Of a stretch of DNA of 64,000 bases, positions 36,441 to 45,465 are shown in pieces (within the stretch, counting starts at the first letter, position 1; each line of letters starts with the position of its first letter). The stretch spans positions 730,847 to 794,846 of the forward strand of contig CBIHNF010000001.1 of the NCBI GenBank assembly GCA_966211335.1. Direction: 5' to 3'. Under the pieces are notes generated by a model, which made no database searches, was not told the origin of the DNA, and saw only the letters and a list, made by a program, of their open reading frames with translations. The translations under genes and the position numbers were made by a program. The stretch is from an uncultured Alphaproteobacteria bacterium. GTDB taxonomy: Bacteria > Pseudomonadota > Alphaproteobacteria > Micavibrionales > UBA2020.

Positions 36441-37350
36441 AATAGACGCTTTTTACAGTAAGGTATTCTTATGAAGTTAGTTTTAAGAAAATACATACGA
36501 CAGCTTGCTGTTTTACTGGTTATTTTCATGTTGGCTTTCGGGTTTTATTATAGCCGGCCGCAGAAAATGGGTAGCAATCTTACGACATCCATTAATGGTA
36601 GAGAAATAGAGCCATATTTAACGAAGGGCTTTTCAACAGCCAAAGATGACTGGATAGGATTAGGGTACACTAGTGCATTAATTTCAGAGTATTTAAAAAT
36701 CGCGTACGACGGTGGAAAAATAAGCGCAGATGATTTAGAGGCGTTGGACTTCCAAAACGGAAATCCATTAATCGGCTGGAAGCGGATTAATCAAAATACT
36801 CCGGGCGATGAAAGAACAGAATACATTTTCCCAAAAGGTTCATTCGAGGCGGTGAAAATTAAAAGTCAGGTTACGGCTTTTAGTGAAAATGGTGACGGAG
36901 AGGTTAAAATAAATCTGCGCCACGTCGCGCCCAACGAAGACGTTCTGTACTTGATTTTAACGAATGTCAGTGAATCTCATTGTCGCCCTAGAATTAGTGG
37001 TGAGACTGAGAAAAAATTTACAATCGCCGCTGACAATCATCAAGTTATAGATGAGCCGGGTTATATGTACGGATGTGGAAAAACTTTTGACAATCATAAT
37101 TACATTTTCTTACCGATAATTTCTAGAATTTATAACAACGATTCTAAATCGTTGGCATTCAAGAAAGAAGGGTATGCCTTTGCCATGAACTGCGCGCTTG
37201 GCGTGAGGGAGCCGCCGGTAAACTTTGTAAACAATGTCGATAAGTTTTTGATCGACATTCTTGTTAAAATTTTAAATTTTTAGAGTTTAGATCATGAAAT
37301 ATTACAGCCGAATAACCCTAGCTTCCTTTATTTCTATATTCTTTTTTTCT
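36441..37350. other. AT-rich compositional island
   Basis: Abrupt switch to AT-rich sequence and rare codons (AGA, ATA, TTA). GC-rich composition resumes inside the next gene at about 37350. Confidence 0.7.
36471..37283 (+). CDS. hypothetical membrane-anchored protein, atypical composition
   Basis: N-terminal TM helix LAVLLVIFMLAFGFYY. AT-rich codon usage unlike the neighbouring genes. Confidence 0.6.
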   Translation: MKLVLRKYIRQLAVLLVIFMLAFGFYYSRPQKMGSNLTTSINGREIEPYLTKGFSTAKDDWIGLGYTSALISEYLKIAYDGGKISADDLEALDFQNGNPLIGWKRINQNTPGDERTEYIFPKGSFEAVKIKSQVTAFSENGDGEVKINLRHVAPNEDVLYLILTNVSESHCRPRISGETEKKFTIAADNHQVIDEPGYMYGCGKTFDNHNYIFLPIISRIYNNDSKSLAFKKEGYAFAMNCALGVREPPVNFVNNVDKFLIDILVKILNF

Positions 37351-38217
37351 TACGCTCACGCCGGCCTCCTCGACAACCTGAAAACACGGTTTGATAGCCG
37401 CTCAGGGGCGCGGCAGCATGAGAATAGGACGGAGTCCGACAAGGCGGTGGCGGAGCCGCATGCTTCGGTGACGCGGATGAACGGCATCACCGTTGCCTAC
37501 TGGTTGCCGCCAACGGAAATGCTGCCGGCGCCGCTGGTGATTTTCTCGCATGGTTTCCACGGCTGCAAAACCCAGAGCGCATTTTTGATGGAGGCGCTGG
37601 CGGCGCATGGCTATGTCGTCGTCGCGCCGGACCATGAAGACAATTCCTGCGGCACCGGCAACATGAAGCCGCCGGTCGAGGCCTTCCGCAAGGTCGACGG
37701 CTGGACGGAGAACACCTATGTCAACCGCGCCGACGATATTAGGTCGGTTTATAAGTCACTGCATGATGACCGTATCTGGTCAAAGCGCATCGACTGGAAC
37801 AATGTAGGCTTGGCTGGCCATTCGCTCGGCGGTTACACGGTGCTGGGGCTCGGGGGTGCTTGGAAGAAATGGACGATGGCGGGCATCAAATCCATCCTCG
37901 CGCTCTCGCCTTATTGCGCGCCCTTTGTCGCCGAAGAAACCTTGAAGAATATTTCGGTGCCGGTCATGTATCAGGGCGGCACGCGTGATCTTGGCATTAC
38001 GCCTGGCCTGCGGCAGGAACACGGCGCCTTTGACCAGACGCCGCATGGCTATTATGTGGAGCTGGATAGAACCGGCCATTTCGGCTGGACAAACCTCATG
38101 ACCGAAACGCATGACGAAATTTCCAAATACGCGCTGGCCTTCTTCGACAAGACGCTGAAGGGCGATGATACGCCCATCACCAAAGATGCGGGCGTCGTCA
38201 CGCTGCGCTCAAAGTAA
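37294..38217 (+). CDS. secreted alpha/beta hydrolase (PAF-acetylhydrolase/dienelactone-hydrolase-like)
   Basis: Signal peptide. GHSLGG nucleophile elbow. VIFSHGFHG ... VVAPDHED. Confidence 0.8.
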   Translation: MKYYSRITLASFISIFFFSYAHAGLLDNLKTRFDSRSGARQHENRTESDKAVAEPHASVTRMNGITVAYWLPPTEMLPAPLVIFSHGFHGCKTQSAFLMEALAAHGYVVVAPDHEDNSCGTGNMKPPVEAFRKVDGWTENTYVNRADDIRSVYKSLHDDRIWSKRIDWNNVGLAGHSLGGYTVLGLGGAWKKWTMAGIKSILALSPYCAPFVAEETLKNISVPVMYQGGTRDLGITPGLRQEHGAFDQTPHGYYVELDRTGHFGWTNLMTETHDEISKYALAFFDKTLKGDDTPITKDAGVVTLRSK

Positions 38218-39861
38218 TCAGTCTTTGCGCTTGAAGCCCGGGAAGCGCTTCGGCTCTTCCAAGGGGCCAACGCAGGTCTGCGTTGTCTGGTAGTTGCCGC
38301 GGTCGCGCTTACCGTTACCGCCGACATAGCTTTCCGCCTTCGGCGCGCCGAAGGTCGTGATGAGATAGGCGTTGTCGCGATAATCGAACTTCGCGCCCAC
38401 ATCCGGTGTGCAGCCCGCAAAACAGGTCAGCAGGTTCTGGCTGGCGTTCAGCGATTTGATCGGCGCGGTGGGCAGGCCTTCGAGCGTCAAAAGTTTGTTG
38501 CCGGAAACGTCGATCGAGCCATTGACGATCACATCGCGGAGATCCGGCAGGCGCGAGAGGCCCATTTTCGACATATTGATATCGCCATCCACCGTGATCT
38601 GACCATCGCGGTCTTTTTTGAATTTGACGCCGAGCCATTTCAGCGCGCCTTCGGCATCCTGCGGGATGCGGGTGCGTTGTGTCAGCTCCTGATAGGATTC
38701 GCAATTGTCCGGCAGCTTGAACTTGCCGTATTTCTGGCCGTTCAGGTTCTCTTCCGCAAAGCGGTTCACGGCATCGACAAAGCCTGGGTGGTGCAGGCCG
38801 ATGGGGTTGAAAGTCATGTAAATCGTATCGCTCTTCGGACCGTCGTTATCCATGCGGTGATAGGGCTTGAGGTTGATGCGGCCGAGCGGGTTGTGGATAT
38901 CGGGGTCGTCTTCCCGCACCAGATAGGCGGCGATGACACCGAGGTCGATTTCAGCGACGCCATAGCGCACGGCGGTCGAGCTTTCGGCACGGCAGCTCTG
39001 CCAGCCGCGGGCGTAGGACGCTCTGGCCAGGTCTTCATAGCTGCGCGTCAATACCACGGTGAGTCCGCCGCTGTTGAGGCGGTAGGGGTCTTCCTGATAG
39101 GCCTGCAGCAGCGCCGGCTGGTCTTTCAACAGTTTGCCGATTTTAAGGGTGTTCTTGCGATTATCTGTCGCATAGCCGCCGGCATAGTCGGAAATTTTAT
39201 AGCCCTGTTCCGTCAGATATTTTTCAATATAGGGCAGCACGGGGGAAGAGCTGGAATCCGCGAGCTTAAAGTAGATGCGCTGGTTTTCATTCCAGCTGAA
39301 TTCCTGCGGCTTGTTTTCATTCGCGGGGGCTTCGGCATTTTCGGGCGTGGGCGGGCTCACGGCCTTGGTGCCGAACATATTGCGGAAGAAGGAAACAACC
39401 GGATGCACCGGTTTTTCAATGAAAGGCGCGACGGAGGCGCTGGATTTCGGGTTATCCCTGCGGCGACGCAATTCGCGTTGCAAATCCTGCTCCAGCTCGT
39501 CCAGCTTGTACATCATGGAACGGATATCTTGCTTGATTGCCGCTTCGCCTTGCGCAAATTTTTCTTTCAGTTCTTTACCGGTTTTATCGGTGCGCGTACG
39601 GGAAAGCGCGATGCAGTATTCGGTCGCCGCGGCACGCAACGTTTCGCTGGCGCCTTCCGGCAATGCCGCATCCACTTTAGCTTTGATCTGCTGCTGATGG
39701 CGTTCGTACATTCCCTTCACGGCATCCATCGATGCTTGTGTGAGCTCGCCATGGATAAAGCTGGCGGCCTTGTCAAAGGCGGCGCTGAGTGCGCCTTTGA
39801 CAAGCGTTTCATCACTCAACGGAGCAAAGGCGGCAGCCTGTTCCTGCGGGGCGAACTCCAT
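38218..39861 (-). CDS. hypothetical protein with central GWQSC-motif domain and C-terminal LRR-like repeats (547 aa)
   Basis: LSRLPDLRDVIVNGSIDVSGNKLLTLEGLP..IKSLNASQNLLT is LRR-like. The start overlaps the upstream stop (TAATG). Confidence 0.6.
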   Translation of the reverse strand: MEFAPQEQAAAFAPLSDETLVKGALSAAFDKAASFIHGELTQASMDAVKGMYERHQQQIKAKVDAALPEGASETLRAAATEYCIALSRTRTDKTGKELKEKFAQGEAAIKQDIRSMMYKLDELEQDLQRELRRRRDNPKSSASVAPFIEKPVHPVVSFFRNMFGTKAVSPPTPENAEAPANENKPQEFSWNENQRIYFKLADSSSSPVLPYIEKYLTEQGYKISDYAGGYATDNRKNTLKIGKLLKDQPALLQAYQEDPYRLNSGGLTVVLTRSYEDLARASYARGWQSCRAESSTAVRYGVAEIDLGVIAAYLVREDDPDIHNPLGRINLKPYHRMDNDGPKSDTIYMTFNPIGLHHPGFVDAVNRFAEENLNGQKYGKFKLPDNCESYQELTQRTRIPQDAEGALKWLGVKFKKDRDGQITVDGDINMSKMGLSRLPDLRDVIVNGSIDVSGNKLLTLEGLPTAPIKSLNASQNLLTCFAGCTPDVGAKFDYRDNAYLITTFGAPKAESYVGGNGKRDRGNYQTTQTCVGPLEEPKRFPGFKRKD

Positions 39862-40142
39862 TATTCTTTCTCCTTCACGGCAAGGGCGACGGTGCTGTCG
39901 GGGGAGGTGTGCTTTAAAATCTCGTCCATTACATTGCGGATCTGCGCAAAGGCGGCATCCAGGCTTTCGGCGTCGCCCTTCAGGGTTTTGTCTTCATCCT
40001 TCAGTACCATCTTCCAGGCGACGTCGCCGCTATACAGCATGGAAAGGCCGGACGTGAGGAAATGGTCAATCTGCTCCTGCTTCTGGCGCAGGGGGCCGGG
40101 GCGCAAAATTTCCGCGACTTTTTTCATTGTGTTCTTTGTCAT
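39861..40142 (-). CDS. small hypothetical protein (93 aa), translationally coupled to the 547-aa gene
   Basis: ATG 40142 has a GAGAAGGA RBS. The track's N-terminal extension lacks an RBS. Confidence 0.55.
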   Translation of the reverse strand: MTKNTMKKVAEILRPGPLRQKQEQIDHFLTSGLSMLYSGDVAWKMVLKDEDKTLKGDAESLDAAFAQIRNVMDEILKHTSPDSTVALAVKEKE

Positions 40143-40277
40143 GGGCCCGGTCCTTCTCTCCGCTGAATCAGTCGAATGAAAGTGATGGTGAATAATATTA
40201 TATTTGCCATAAAAATTCAAGGAAATTGAGTATTGGAATACCCCAGCGCGGGGTTTAGCGCGCGAGATCGCGGACAT

Positions 40278-40316
40278 AATAAAAGCCCGCCTTTGGAGGA
40301 GCGCGGGCTTTTATAT
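40278..40316. terminator. rho-independent terminator downstream of the 81-aa gene
   Basis: aagcccgc-12 nt-gcgggctt, flanked by A-rich and T-rich tracts. Confidence 0.65.
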
Positions 40317-40338
40317 TTTGGAGAAACTGTTGTGGTGC

Positions 40339-40584
40339 CTAGCGGCGGAAAACCCGCTTCGCAACGGCCGGCACGGTGGCAAGCGCCATCTCGCGGCCAA
40401 AGGCGGCTGACTGGAAGGTTTCCTTGAGGGATTCCGCGCCCATCATGGCGCCGGTAATGCCAAGAAGCACAGCGCCGACAGGATTGCCGCCGGTAAGTAC
40501 GTAGCCCGCAGACGCGCCCATGGCTGCCCCTTTGACACGGTCCATGGAGAAGATATCGTTAAATGCGTCCTGCAAACGGCTCAT
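40339..40584 (-). CDS. small Gly-zipper membrane protein (81 aa)
   Basis: GGAAGGGA RBS. Gly/Ala-rich segment GAAMGASAGYVLTGGNPVGAVLLGITGAMMGA. Confidence 0.6.
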   Translation of the reverse strand: MSRLQDAFNDIFSMDRVKGAAMGASAGYVLTGGNPVGAVLLGITGAMMGAESLKETFQSAAFGREMALATVPAVAKRVFRR

Positions 40585-40775
40585 CGCGTTTATGTCCCTT
40601 CCTCTATGCTGTTGTAATTATGAATATAACAATCGCATAAGGAAATGTCAAGGAAGAGTCATAAAATGACAGAATATTATTACATTATGGAAGAAAACGG
40701 GTGGTTTTTGATGCTTTCCGCCCGCGCGGCCCGCGGTGGCGCAAGGGAATCGAGATGTAAGGGGAGGGGGAGGAA

Positions 40776-40850
40776 TGGTGCCGACGGAGAGGATTGAACT
40801 CCCGACCTTCGGTTTACAAAACCGCTGCACTACCGCTGTGCTACGTCGGC
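40776..40850 (-). tRNA. tRNA-Thr: tRNA-Thr (anticodon TGT)
   Basis: 75-nt cloverleaf GCCGACG TA GCAC AGCGGTA GTGC A GCGGT-TTTGTAA-ACCGA AGGTC GGGAG TTCAATC CTCTC CGTCGGC A CCA. One G-A mismatch at the top of the anticodon stem. Confidence 0.85.
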
Positions 40851-41105
40851 ACTAATCTTGGGTGCAGAATACATAAATTTTCCGCGAAAATAACCTCTTT
40901 TTTGCATAGCGCTTGAATATTCAGCGCCCACGCCCGCGCCGTTTATCCATTCTCAATAATAATCATATAGCCTTGAAAGACGGGCGGTTGTTTTACGGCA
41001 TATATATTAATGTCGGGATTGAAACTCTGGCGGCAGGGGCAATATGTGTTAATATATCAGGATGATATTCCGATGATGCCGCTTTTCAGGGGAAAGTTTT
41101 AAAGC

Positions 41106-42287
41106 GTGTCGCAAGCCAAAAGTCCGCATGAAGATTTCATCATGACGTTCACCGTCTGCTTCATCGTGGGCGGTCTTGCCTGGGTCATCTGGCACTTCTT
41201 TCACATTCAGCTCACCTGGGCGCTGTCCCGCATCCGCATCGGCGAGCTGTATCTCGACTATTTCCTCTTCGGCGACAAGACGACCTCCGTCACTTCCGTG
41301 GGCCCTGAAACCGTTGGCGTCTGGCGCAATTACCTGCCCAAAATGGCCATCCCCGACATCAGCGTCGATGTGCTGAAACGCACGACCGTCGTCGCAGTGC
41401 AGCCGCTGCGCGTCGTCTTCCTCGCCTTCATGAGCGTCATGGTCATCGCCATTATTTTCCGCGGCCCCGGCACGCAGTACAAGCGCCGCATGGGGCTTGA
41501 AACGCTGCTGAAGGAACAGGCCAAATCCTTCCCCGCTATCCGCCCCTTCATCAAGTTCGATCCGCGCAAACTGCCCTTCCGCGCGCCCGGCCAGCCGGTG
41601 CCGGCGCAGCTGCCGCTGTTCTCCGAGCAGTTGTCGCCGGAGGAGTGGATGTCGTACCACGAAATCTCCATCGTTAACGGGCAGATCGATTATAACCGCG
41701 CCTACCAGGCCATGGCCGAGCAGCTCGGCCGCCGCTGGCAGGGGCCGGAAAAACTGCCGCTCTATGCCCAAGGCCTCTATGCCGTCTGCGCGCTGAAAAT
41801 GGTGCGCAAACGCAAAGAGAGCGTCGAGATGATGAACATGCTGTCCGATTCCTGGACCGCGGAAAAAGGCTTCCGCCCGACGGCGAAAGTGAAGTCGAAA
41901 ATCCGCGCCGTGCTGAAAAACCCGAAGCAGGGCGAGGCCTTGCGCAAGTTCGCGGATATGCACGCCTATGAAACCACCGCCCTTATGCGCTGCTTGCAGC
42001 GCGCAAGGGAGGAGGGCGGGGTTCTGGCTCCTGCAGAATTCATCTGGCTGCGCGGCGTCGACCGCACGCTGTGGTATCCGCTCAACAACCTTGGCCGCAA
42101 GTCGTACTGCGCCGAAGCCTCCGGCGCCATGGTGCATTACACTAACGAACTTATCGCCGGGCAGAAAATCCCGACGCCGCGCTTTGATGAATCTATCCGC
42201 GGCCTCGAAGGCTATATGAAAGGCCCGGCAGGGCGCGCGATACCGGAACTCGACAAATCGGCCGGCGGCCGTAAATACTTCAAGTAA
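41106..42287 (+). CDS. dotM: DotM/IcmP-like (IncI TrbA-like) type IVB coupling-complex protein
   Basis: GTG start with an AGGGGAAAG RBS. N-terminal TM helices. The C-terminal block HAYETTALMRCLQRAREEGGVLAPAEFIWLRGVDRTLWYPLNNLGR matches my recollection of the Legionella DotM conserved region. Sits upstream of the DotL-like gene. Confidence 0.65.
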   Translation: MSQAKSPHEDFIMTFTVCFIVGGLAWVIWHFFHIQLTWALSRIRIGELYLDYFLFGDKTTSVTSVGPETVGVWRNYLPKMAIPDISVDVLKRTTVVAVQPLRVVFLAFMSVMVIAIIFRGPGTQYKRRMGLETLLKEQAKSFPAIRPFIKFDPRKLPFRAPGQPVPAQLPLFSEQLSPEEWMSYHEISIVNGQIDYNRAYQAMAEQLGRRWQGPEKLPLYAQGLYAVCALKMVRKRKESVEMMNMLSDSWTAEKGFRPTAKVKSKIRAVLKNPKQGEALRKFADMHAYETTALMRCLQRAREEGGVLAPAEFIWLRGVDRTLWYPLNNLGRKSYCAEASGAMVHYTNELIAGQKIPTPRFDESIRGLEGYMKGPAGRAIPELDKSAGGRKYFK

Positions 42288-42299
42288 GGAGCTACGCTG

Positions 42300-42803
42300 A
42301 TGTTCGCCTTCACAGAGAAAGACGTCGACGCGAAAATCGTCAACAACGCGCTCGTCGTTTCCCTTCTCGGCACCGACCAGCCGCGCGTCTGGCGCGCGGA
42401 CATGACGGGCCTCAGCTCCGCCACGCTCGATGTGATGGAAGAAAAAGGCAAATATTCGGTCGTCCTGCGCCGCAACGGCGCGGCGCCTGAAAGCATCGTC
42501 ACCTTCAACGACAAGGACAGCGCCAGCTATGCCCTGCGCACCCTGTCAGACGCGATGCTGAAGGGCGAGGCGCGCGGCGTCATCCAGGGCGGCGGCGGCG
42601 TTTTCGGCACGCTGCTGCGCACGCTCGTCGTCGTCGGCATCGTGCTCGGACTTGGCAGCCTTGTCGTCAGCCACCTGTTCACGCCGCCGGCGACCGATGT
42701 GTCGACCTCCAGCCGCGTGCCCATTCCGGCGCTTGGCAAATCGTCGGGCTCGAAAGTTGAAAGCGGCAAGCCGGTGCCGGCAGACCAGCTGTTCGGCAAG
42801 TAA
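42300..42803 (+). CDS. hypothetical protein with C-terminal TM helix, between dotM-like and dotL-like genes
   Basis: AAGGAG RBS 8 nt upstream. TM helix VFGTLLRTLVVVGIVLGLGSLVV. No Cys and no recognisable domain. Confidence 0.6.
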   Translation: MFAFTEKDVDAKIVNNALVVSLLGTDQPRVWRADMTGLSSATLDVMEEKGKYSVVLRRNGAAPESIVTFNDKDSASYALRTLSDAMLKGEARGVIQGGGGVFGTLLRTLVVVGIVLGLGSLVVSHLFTPPATDVSTSSRVPIPALGKSSGSKVESGKPVPADQLFGK

Positions 42804-42828
42804 TTTTTTTTGAAGGGTTAAGCGTCAC

Positions 42829-45441
42829 GTGGCGTTAAAGGAGAAATATCAGATCAAAGGCGCGGACCTCCTCCGCGATGCGCGTCCCTGGACGACGCGC
42901 ATGACCGACGCCGCGCGCGACCCTTCCACCGCCGGCGTCGCTTTTGCCATGGCGGGTATCGGCATTTTCACCGACCCCATGGTGTCGAACTTCGCAGACC
43001 TTATCTTCTTCATCTTCTGCATCTATTTTTACTGGCTGATGTCCCGGCCGGTGAAGCTGCCTTTCAAGCTGCCGAAATCTGCCGGTATCAAAGACCCCAA
43101 CTACAAGCGCCCCGACGGCTCGCTCGGCATTGCCGACGGCATTCTTTATCTTGGCAACGACAGCGACACGCAGGAAGAGATCTGGTTCACCAACTCCGAC
43201 GCGCGGACGCACTGCCTCTACCTCGGCACGACGGGTTCGGGTAAAACCTTTGGTCTTAAGTCATACGCCGTCAACGCGCTCTGCTGGGCGTCGGGCTTCA
43301 TCTACATCGACGGTAAAGCGGATACCGATTTGTGGTCGACGCTCTCCGCCATGGCGCGCCGCTTCGGCCGTGACGACGATCTGCTCATCATGAACTACAT
43401 GACGGGTAACGCGACCGGCCGCGTGCCGTCCAACACCATGAACCCGTTCTCTTCCGGTTCGGCGTCGTACCTTACCAACATGCTCGTCTCGCTGATGCCG
43501 GATTCCGAAGGCGACAACGCGATGTGGAAAGACCGCGCCGTCGCGCTCGTCTCCGCCCTTATGCCCTGCCTTGTCTGGAAGCGCGAAAACCAGAACATGC
43601 CGCTCTCCATCGGCGTCATTCGTACTTATCTTACCTTCAAGGCGGTCATTAAACTGTCGCGCGACAGCGTCATTCCTGACCTGCTGCGCTCGCCCGTGCG
43701 CGGCTACCTGAACGAGCTGCCCGGCTATGTCGACCATGTCTTCGATGACGAGGGCAACGAAAAGCCGATGCCGCCCGATGCCGGCGCCGTTGATACTTCC
43801 GTCCCGCGCCAGCAGCACGGTTACCTGTCCATGCAGTTCACGCGCTCCATGCAGTCGCTGGGTGACGACTACGGCTTTATCTTCGACACGCAGGCGGCCG
43901 ACATCGACATGCTCGACGTGGTCCTCAACCGCCGCATCCTCATCGTCCTCATCCCCGCCCTTGAAAAATCGTCGGATGAAACGGCCAACCTTGGTAAAAT
44001 CATTTCGTCCACGCTGAAGGGGATGATGGGCGCGACGCTCGGCAACTCGGTCGAGGGCTCGACCGAGACGGCGATCGAGAACAAGCCGACGCGCTCCGAA
44101 ACCCCCTTCATCGCCATCTTCGACGAGGTCGGTTACTATACGGCGCAGGGTATGGCGGTCATGGCGGCGCAGGCCCGCTCGCTCGGCTTCTCCCTCGTCT
44201 TCGCGGGTCAGGATTTACCCGCCCTTGAAAAGCGCGTGAAGGAAGAAGCGCGTTCCATCACGGCGAACTGCAACATCAAATTGTTCGGCAAGCTCGAGGA
44301 TCCGACCCAGACGAAGGACTTTTTCGAGAAAACCGTTGGTACCGCGCTTGTCACCGAAGTCTCCGGCTTCCAGCGGGGCGGCCAGCAGGGCGGCGGCGGC
44401 AGGGGCTATACCGATTCCGCCAACGCCTCCGTCCAGTCGCGCGCACGCGCGTCCTATGACGGCCTTAAAGGTTTCAACGAAGGCCGCGCCGTCGCCGCCT
44501 TCGGCAAGAGCGTTGTTGAAATTCAAGTCTATAACTCCGACATCGGCCATGCGAAGGCGATGCGCGTCCACCGCTTCCTGCCCATCCCACCGCCGGCGGA
44601 AGAAGCGCTGGAATCCCTCCGCCTCGTCAACGATGTGCTGAAGCGCATCCGCAACCCGAAGTGGAGCGCGGAAGCGCTACAGTCCCCGCCGTCCGCCGAT
44701 ATCGAGGCGCTGGCGCAGGGCTTTGCCGCCGCGAAAAAGGGCGGCGCGAACCTGCTCGAATGCGGCATCAACGGCGTTGCCGCGGTTGCCGAAGCGCATA
44801 GCACCATCAAGCCGGAAGACGCTAATGCCGCCGACACGCCGGCTGGCGATTCCACCGTCCGCAAACAGCCCGCTGCCATGGCGGAGGCCGAAAAAGCCGC
44901 TGTTGCCGCCGTTGCGAAAGCGACGGGTAATGCAGGCCCGCTCAGCTGGACGGAAGTTATTGGCGGCGCTGCCGCGGCCGAAGCAACGCAGCTGCGCCGC
45001 GACCCCCCTGTCACGGAAGCGCCTGCGCAAAAACAACAGGCCGCCGCCGCAGCCGCTGCACCGGCACCGGTTACTTGGGAAGATGTCATCAGTTCCGGCG
45101 GCCGTCAGGCGAAGGAATCCGCGGCCTCCGCCGCTTCCGCCGCCCTGCCGCAGCCGATTTCCTGGATGGATGTTATCGGCGGCGCTGCCGCAACGCTCGG
45201 CCCCAATGCCGTGCAGGAAATGACGCTTGGCAGCCTCACGGGCATGCCCGACCTTGCCGGCGTCGGCCCCGCCGATGCGACACCGCCGTGGCAGGCAGCA
45301 GCGGAAACGCCGGCGGCGCCTGCGGAAAGCCCGCTGAAGGCGCCTGAAGACAATACCGTCAAGTCACCGCTCAGCTGGGCCGATGTTATCGGCGCGGCGA
45401 CACAAACGGCTGCCAAAGAAGGCGGCGAAGCTGCGGAATAA
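42829..45441 (+). CDS. dotL: DotL/IcmO-like (IncI TrbC-like) type IV coupling protein ATPase
   Basis: 870 aa. Two N-terminal TM helices. Walker A LGTTGSGKT. Walker B region FIAIFDEVGYY. Blocks LNRRILIVLIPALEKSSDE and AQARSLGFSLVFAGQDLPAL resemble IcmO as I recall it. GTG start. Confidence 0.8.
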   Translation: MALKEKYQIKGADLLRDARPWTTRMTDAARDPSTAGVAFAMAGIGIFTDPMVSNFADLIFFIFCIYFYWLMSRPVKLPFKLPKSAGIKDPNYKRPDGSLGIADGILYLGNDSDTQEEIWFTNSDARTHCLYLGTTGSGKTFGLKSYAVNALCWASGFIYIDGKADTDLWSTLSAMARRFGRDDDLLIMNYMTGNATGRVPSNTMNPFSSGSASYLTNMLVSLMPDSEGDNAMWKDRAVALVSALMPCLVWKRENQNMPLSIGVIRTYLTFKAVIKLSRDSVIPDLLRSPVRGYLNELPGYVDHVFDDEGNEKPMPPDAGAVDTSVPRQQHGYLSMQFTRSMQSLGDDYGFIFDTQAADIDMLDVVLNRRILIVLIPALEKSSDETANLGKIISSTLKGMMGATLGNSVEGSTETAIENKPTRSETPFIAIFDEVGYYTAQGMAVMAAQARSLGFSLVFAGQDLPALEKRVKEEARSITANCNIKLFGKLEDPTQTKDFFEKTVGTALVTEVSGFQRGGQQGGGGRGYTDSANASVQSRARASYDGLKGFNEGRAVAAFGKSVVEIQVYNSDIGHAKAMRVHRFLPIPPPAEEALESLRLVNDVLKRIRNPKWSAEALQSPPSADIEALAQGFAAAKKGGANLLECGINGVAAVAEAHSTIKPEDANAADTPAGDSTVRKQPAAMAEAEKAAVAAVAKATGNAGPLSWTEVIGGAAAAEATQLRRDPPVTEAPAQKQQAAAAAAAPAPVTWEDVISSGGRQAKESAASAASAALPQPISWMDVIGGAAATLGPNAVQEMTLGSLTGMPDLAGVGPADATPPWQAAAETPAAPAESPLKAPEDNTVKSPLSWADVIGAATQTAAKEGGEAAE

Positions 45442-45465
45442 TTTGCGGCATAAAGGAAGCGCATC

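Noticed and set aside
36441-40850. A genomic island integrated at tRNA-Thr. The 3' side contains the LRR-like cassette, a small membrane protein and the AT-rich block.
   Set aside because: No integrase, and no direct repeat of the tRNA 3' end that I could find by eye. The hydrolase and DUF3095-like genes have native composition. It is left as a possibility only.
41049-42137. 362-aa ORF antisense to the DotM-like gene. Similar long antisense ORFs occur at 6113-7018, 7753-8958, 14167-15252, 16315-17181, 18597-19598, 38677-40179, 47552-48403, 54675-55661, 56323-57990, 60276-61328, 60721-61749 and 62710-63828.
   Set aside because: Each lies opposite a gene with clear homology motifs or better coding signals. 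Their translations are Arg/Gly/Ala/His-rich with no motifs, the expected GC-rich shadow-ORF artefact.
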